Part shown: piece after piece, positions 61,318-64,000 of the stretch | Layout: every line of letters begins with the position of its first letter | Numbering within the stretch: position 1 is the first letter of the stretch | Source of the DNA: Chrysomallon squamiferum | Lineage: Eukaryota > Animalia > Mollusca | Direction: 5' to 3' | DNA length: 64,000 nt | Assembly (NCBI GenBank): GCA_012295275.1 | Contig: CM022670.1 | Location: 5,208,001-5,272,000 of the forward strand | Program-made: the position numbers and the translations under genes | Notes under the pieces: model-generated | Seen by the model: only the letters and a program-made list of their open reading frames with translations | Told to the model about the DNA's origin: nothing | Database searches by the model: none

Positions 61318-61408
61318 TATTATTATTATCATTATTATTGGATTTATTTACTCTTTTTTTTTTCTTTTTTTTCAGCCTATTGGAAAATCACTTGTAATGC
61401 CTGCATGA
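44813..61408 (+). CDS. TRAPPC11: Trafficking protein particle complex subunit 11 (foie gras/gryzun), complete, 31 coding exons, 1123 aa
   Basis: The N-terminus [25 protein letters not shown]...[15 protein letters not shown] and motifs [40 protein letters not shown] match vertebrate TRAPPC11 as I recall it. All 31 exons join in frame (3372 nt). Confidence 0.96.
45744..46156. repeat. Near-perfect inverted repeat: 148-bp arms, 117-bp spacer
   Basis: 45744-45891 is the reverse complement of 46009-46156 with about 2 mismatches by eye. Confidence 0.92.
46260..46317 (+). pseudogene. Dead tandem copy of the 5' part of TRAPPC11 coding exon 2
   Basis: aggacatcctatgaatggtacataccaaaagctattttgaagaaatcatggaggaata versus the true exon at 46396; acceptor AG reads AA. 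Confidence 0.88.
46396..46565 (+). CDS. TRAPPC11: TRAPPC11 coding exon 2
   Basis: [22 protein letters not shown]...VEVV. Confidence 0.93.
47084..47154 (+). CDS. TRAPPC11: TRAPPC11 coding exon 3
   Basis: [23 protein letters not shown]. Confidence 0.92.
47753..47867 (+). CDS. TRAPPC11: TRAPPC11 coding exon 4
   Basis: [37 protein letters not shown]. Confidence 0.92.
48161..48260 (+). CDS. TRAPPC11: TRAPPC11 coding exon 5
   Basis: [33 protein letters not shown]. Confidence 0.92.
48635..48708 (+). CDS. TRAPPC11: TRAPPC11 coding exon 6
   Basis: [24 protein letters not shown]. Confidence 0.92.
48942..49038 (+). CDS. TRAPPC11: TRAPPC11 coding exon 7
   Basis: [32 protein letters not shown]. Confidence 0.92.
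49487..49620 (+). CDS. TRAPPC11: TRAPPC11 coding exon 8
   Basis: [23 protein letters not shown]...[10 protein letters not shown]. Confidence 0.92.
50236..50377 (+). CDS. TRAPPC11: TRAPPC11 coding exon 9
   Basis: [32 protein letters not shown]...GLCK. Confidence 0.93.
50700..50790 (+). CDS. TRAPPC11: TRAPPC11 coding exon 10
   Basis: [30 protein letters not shown]. Confidence 0.92.
51068..51147 (+). CDS. TRAPPC11: TRAPPC11 coding exon 11
   Basis: [26 protein letters not shown]. Confidence 0.9.
51422..51500 (+). CDS. TRAPPC11: TRAPPC11 coding exon 12
   Basis: [26 protein letters not shown]. Confidence 0.92.
51665..51785. repeat. 29-30-bp minisatellite, ~4 copies
   Basis: Consensus ggaatattaattgtgacagagttaaat. 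Confidence 0.75.
51887..51941 (+). CDS. TRAPPC11: TRAPPC11 coding exon 13
   Basis: [17 protein letters not shown]. Confidence 0.92.
52356..52501 (+). CDS. TRAPPC11: TRAPPC11 coding exon 14
   Basis: [22 protein letters not shown]...CLELIGQ, followed by donor gtatcttt. Confidence 0.9.
52502..52708 (+). other. Probable U12-type (minor spliceosome) GT-AG intron
   Basis: Donor GTATCTTT; branch-like TTCTTTAAC at 52691-52699 about 10 nt before the AG; no polypyrimidine tract; phase 1. Confidence 0.8.
52709..52770 (+). CDS. TRAPPC11: TRAPPC11 coding exon 15
   Basis: (Y)[20 protein letters not shown]|gtaagt; restores the frame between exons 14 and 16. Confidence 0.85.
53218..53347 (+). CDS. TRAPPC11: TRAPPC11 coding exon 16
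   Basis: NDIPEPEPG...VEMQSLVPF. Confidence 0.9.
53687..53759 (+). CDS. TRAPPC11: TRAPPC11 coding exon 17
   Basis: [23 protein letters not shown]. Confidence 0.9.
54181..54238 (+). CDS. TRAPPC11: TRAPPC11 coding exon 18
   Basis: [19 protein letters not shown]. Confidence 0.92.
54388..54460. repeat. 29-bp tandem duplication
   Basis: caaattt.aaattagaattacatctcaaa repeated about 2.4 times. Confidence 0.8.
54739..54897 (+). CDS. TRAPPC11: TRAPPC11 coding exon 19
   Basis: SYNQYCEM...EDVGSQIE. Confidence 0.9.
55537..55718 (+). CDS. TRAPPC11: TRAPPC11 coding exon 20
   Basis: ISSVALEMG...[10 protein letters not shown]...SSLI. Confidence 0.9.
55981..56106 (+). CDS. TRAPPC11: TRAPPC11 coding exon 21
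   Basis: [34 protein letters not shown]. Confidence 0.9.
56461..56510 (+). CDS. TRAPPC11: TRAPPC11 coding exon 22
   Basis: [16 protein letters not shown]; only the acceptor at 56460 (not 56468) keeps phase with exon 23. Confidence 0.8.
56951..57042 (+). CDS. TRAPPC11: TRAPPC11 coding exon 23
   Basis: [30 protein letters not shown]. Confidence 0.88.
57463..57522 (+). CDS. TRAPPC11: TRAPPC11 coding exon 24
   Basis: [20 protein letters not shown]. Confidence 0.87.
57850..57975 (+). CDS. TRAPPC11: TRAPPC11 coding exon 25
   Basis: VAYRVDV...TCACQREE...[12 protein letters not shown]. Confidence 0.89.
58000..58665. repeat. Degenerate pentanucleotide satellite (TTCTA/TTCTG/TTTTA)n
   Basis: Fills most of the intron up to the acceptor at 58669. 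Confidence 0.85.
58670..58777 (+). CDS. TRAPPC11: TRAPPC11 coding exon 26
   Basis: [36 protein letters not shown]. Confidence 0.9.
59103..59154 (+). CDS. TRAPPC11: TRAPPC11 coding exon 27
   Basis: [17 protein letters not shown]. Confidence 0.85.
59321..59426 (+). CDS. TRAPPC11: TRAPPC11 coding exon 28
   Basis: [14 protein letters not shown]...[10 protein letters not shown]. Confidence 0.9.
59578..59830. repeat. ~150-bp tandem duplication
   Basis: tttccatttgtaatcatctttt...tgtactttag occurs twice. Confidence 0.75.
59936..60167 (+). CDS. TRAPPC11: TRAPPC11 coding exon 29
   Basis: KIDGG...LPAFGRV...[12 protein letters not shown]. Confidence 0.91.
60185..60640. repeat. ~100-bp degenerate tandem repeat, ~4-5 copies
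   Basis: Recurring aatggata...ttgattattttaagta...aatatttggtcaaa. Confidence 0.75.
60729..60896 (+). CDS. TRAPPC11: TRAPPC11 coding exon 30
   Basis: VHFRVLPG...[14 protein letters not shown]...LPSSVFIK. Confidence 0.92.
61376..61408 (+). CDS. TRAPPC11: TRAPPC11 terminal coding exon
   Basis: tttcag|[13 protein letters not shown]. Confidence 0.85.
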   Translation, partial: PIGKSLVMPA

Positions 61409-62085
61409 CTATTCACCAGAAAATAAGAAGCTGTGTCTGAATGCATTCCATTTCAAGAGAGATTATAAAACATATAAAATAAAACTCTCCAAGACGTTCA
61501 GGGGATCTAGAAATAAATATATGATCTGTGTCCAAAGACACTAACAGCTATAGACATGTTCTTTTTTTTTAATCATCAGAATAATGTGTTTAAATATTAA
61601 ATTGTTAATTTATTGAACCTGTTGTATTGCACTGGATCAGATATTTTATCTGCCAAGTTTTGTTTTGTTTTCTTTTCTTTTTTATCTTTTCATTTACTTA
61701 AATCATTAGAGTGCTGCAGTAATGTTTAAAGTCATTTGTTTCAGTTTATTAGAATCACTGTATAAAGTTTGCTTAGAGATTTCTGCAAACAAGACTAACA
61801 GCATGTTATTATGAAAGGTTGTTATTTATACTTGTTGCAGTTTAAAAATCTGAAACTGATCTGTCAGAAGGATGTTTTTTTAATGCTGTGATTACCAACT
61901 CACTGACTGGATATCTCTTCCTGCATACACATCTGTCTGTTTTTTATTACCTATTATTACATTTTAGTGACTACAAACTTAAGAACTCTAAACTACTACA
62001 ACTTCTACAAACTGTTTATGCTCATAGGGAGAAGTAAAATCTGCAGTAGTTGTAGTAATAGTTGTACAACATCATGTCTGTTTTC

Positions 62086-62109
62086 AATAAAACTGAGAAG
62101 TGCAATAAA
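62086..62109 (+). other. Candidate TRAPPC11 polyadenylation signals
   Basis: Two AATAAA at 62086 and 62104 followed by T/GT-rich sequence; AATAAA is common in this AT-rich DNA. Confidence 0.35.
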
Positions 62110-64000
62110 CTGTTGAAATTATTTTAGTTTTGTGAAAGTTTTGTATTGAAAGGTTAATTAAATGAGATGAATGCCACTACTTTCCATTATTCAGTCAGTT
62201 TACCATTTCTAGGTATAAGCTATGACTGTTACATCAAAATAATGGTGAAGTTTATGATTTCTTGTCTTTTGGAAAATGCTTAAGATTTATCCAATGCTTC
62301 TAAACTGGAACAGATTTCCTATATATAATATAAAAGCAAATACATATAAAAATATTTTTAAACATTCATTAATTTAGTTCTCTTTAAAGTGTCTGAACAT
62401 GTCACATTGCACCTGTTTGCATCATTTTTCAGAATAGCTGAAACCAGCAATTAAAAAAATAACAAAAAATATATATATATCTGATTTGTTATATGGCAAT
62501 TAACCTTTGTAGCCAACAAATCTATTTTTATGTGTACAAGCAACAGAAAATTACTGGTCTTTATTTAAATAATTAACATTTGTTTAAGAATATGTTTTTT
62601 TGATTTCCCACAATACTGGTGGCAGAATTTCATAATTGTTATCTTACCCAATATGCAAAGATCCTGTTTATATTGTTTTGTTATTACTGTATTCAGTTTT
62701 TACCTACACAGTTTGAAAAATGAAGCTTTCATTTTATTTCACATAGCCTAATTTAATCTCCCAAAACACATGCCATCTTCATGTTACCACTTGATACAGA
62801 GGTTAGTTAACCAGATCTTTTCACTCTTCACTAATCAAATTTGAGACACCTTGTTACTTTTCCTTAAAGTATTTCAAATCTTTTCATTACATTTTAAAGA
62901 CATTTTTTGAAGAAAAAAGTGGAAAAATCCAGAACAAAATAGAATATATTAGTAGTATTTATTTGTTTATTTATTTATTTATTTATTGTTATATTGGCTG
63001 AAGATACTATTACTATTTTTTACTGCTACTAATATTACAACTTCTACTATGGTTACTATTATTAGTAGCAACCAAAGTTATGTAGATAATACATGTAGAT
63101 AATACAAAATAGGCCAGCCATCTGTCAGCTAAAGAAAGCAATCAGCATTTCACAGATATGATTCATTACCAGTGCAATACCACACAGTCTAATTAAATCA
63201 TTAACTATGCAAGCGATATGCTGCAAGGATCTCAGAGAAATCTATGGCAACCCAGTAAATTATGTATGTACTTAAACCTGATGTCTGAGTCAGGGTGCAG
63301 AATGTCGTGTAGCAGTTTCTATTGATTTTAATCTTTTCTTATCCAATAATTGCTTTACATGTCCACAAATTAGTGTGATGCTGAGGTGAGAACATTAAAA
63401 GAATTTGACATAATGTTTAAAGACAAGATAAGGGTAGGAGAGAGAGAAAGAGAGATGTAGAGTGAAAGTAATTAATTCCATCTGTTAGTGGTGATTATGA
63501 AAAAGAGTAATCTTAATGATGTGAAAGAACAGGCACTATAATAAATAAATGTTTTGTTTGTGTGGATATATGTATGTGTCTGTGTTGTGTGTGTGCATGT
63601 GTGTGTGTGTGCAAGGGGTGGAAAAAATTCCATTTTGGCATTTTAAAATGAATGTAACAATAAATAATTATCCTAATTTTTGTTTCCATTATTTAATCAT
63701 TTTCTTTCCTTTTTTTCTTTTTGTTTTTCTATTTTTCTTTTTCATTCCTCTCTATTTTAAAAATAAATAAACTTGCAAATTCATCTTGGAATAGAAAAAA
63801 AAAAAAAAAAAAAAAAATTTATTCTATGGGCCTGCATTATTTTAGTACACCAGCACTTATTTATTAATACAATTTTTCACTAGACAGTTATACATTGTTT
63901 GTTTTTTAAAAAGAATCATAAAAAATACAATATCTGAAATAACATAATTCAAGAAACAGAACTGGTCATTAATCATTCAGACATCACTGTCTGAAATGTT

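Overview
AT-rich, microsatellite-dense animal genomic DNA, not prokaryotic. One SINE remnant resembles gastropod elements I recall, so a mollusc origin is only a tentative inference. I assembled two + strand spliced genes by hand from GT-AG sites with consistent reading-frame phase. (1) The 3' part of an inverted-formin gene (INF2/FHDC1/form3 family): 11 exons at 20..19404, about 1957 aa in the window, 5' end upstream. It runs FH3 end, FH1, FH2, WH2/DAD motif, then an unusually long (~1390 aa) single-exon disordered tail. (2) A complete TRAPPC11 gene: 31 coding exons at 44813..61408, 1123 aa. The ~25 kb between them holds simple repeats, minisatellites, SINE-like remnants and CpG-containing islands. 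It also holds a candidate unannotated small - strand gene head-to-head with TRAPPC11, with a CRE cluster, TATA box, uORF and a short acidic ORF. Other notable signals: a probable U12 (minor spliceosome) intron in TRAPPC11; a 148-bp near-perfect intronic inverted duplication with a 16-bp flanking direct repeat; a dead duplicated exon fragment; a degenerate 5-copy helical motif in the formin tail; and a sharp CpG-depletion boundary at the TRAPPC11 gene body. I see no confidently new multi-gene system; the orphan gene candidate and the formin tail repeat are the best leads.
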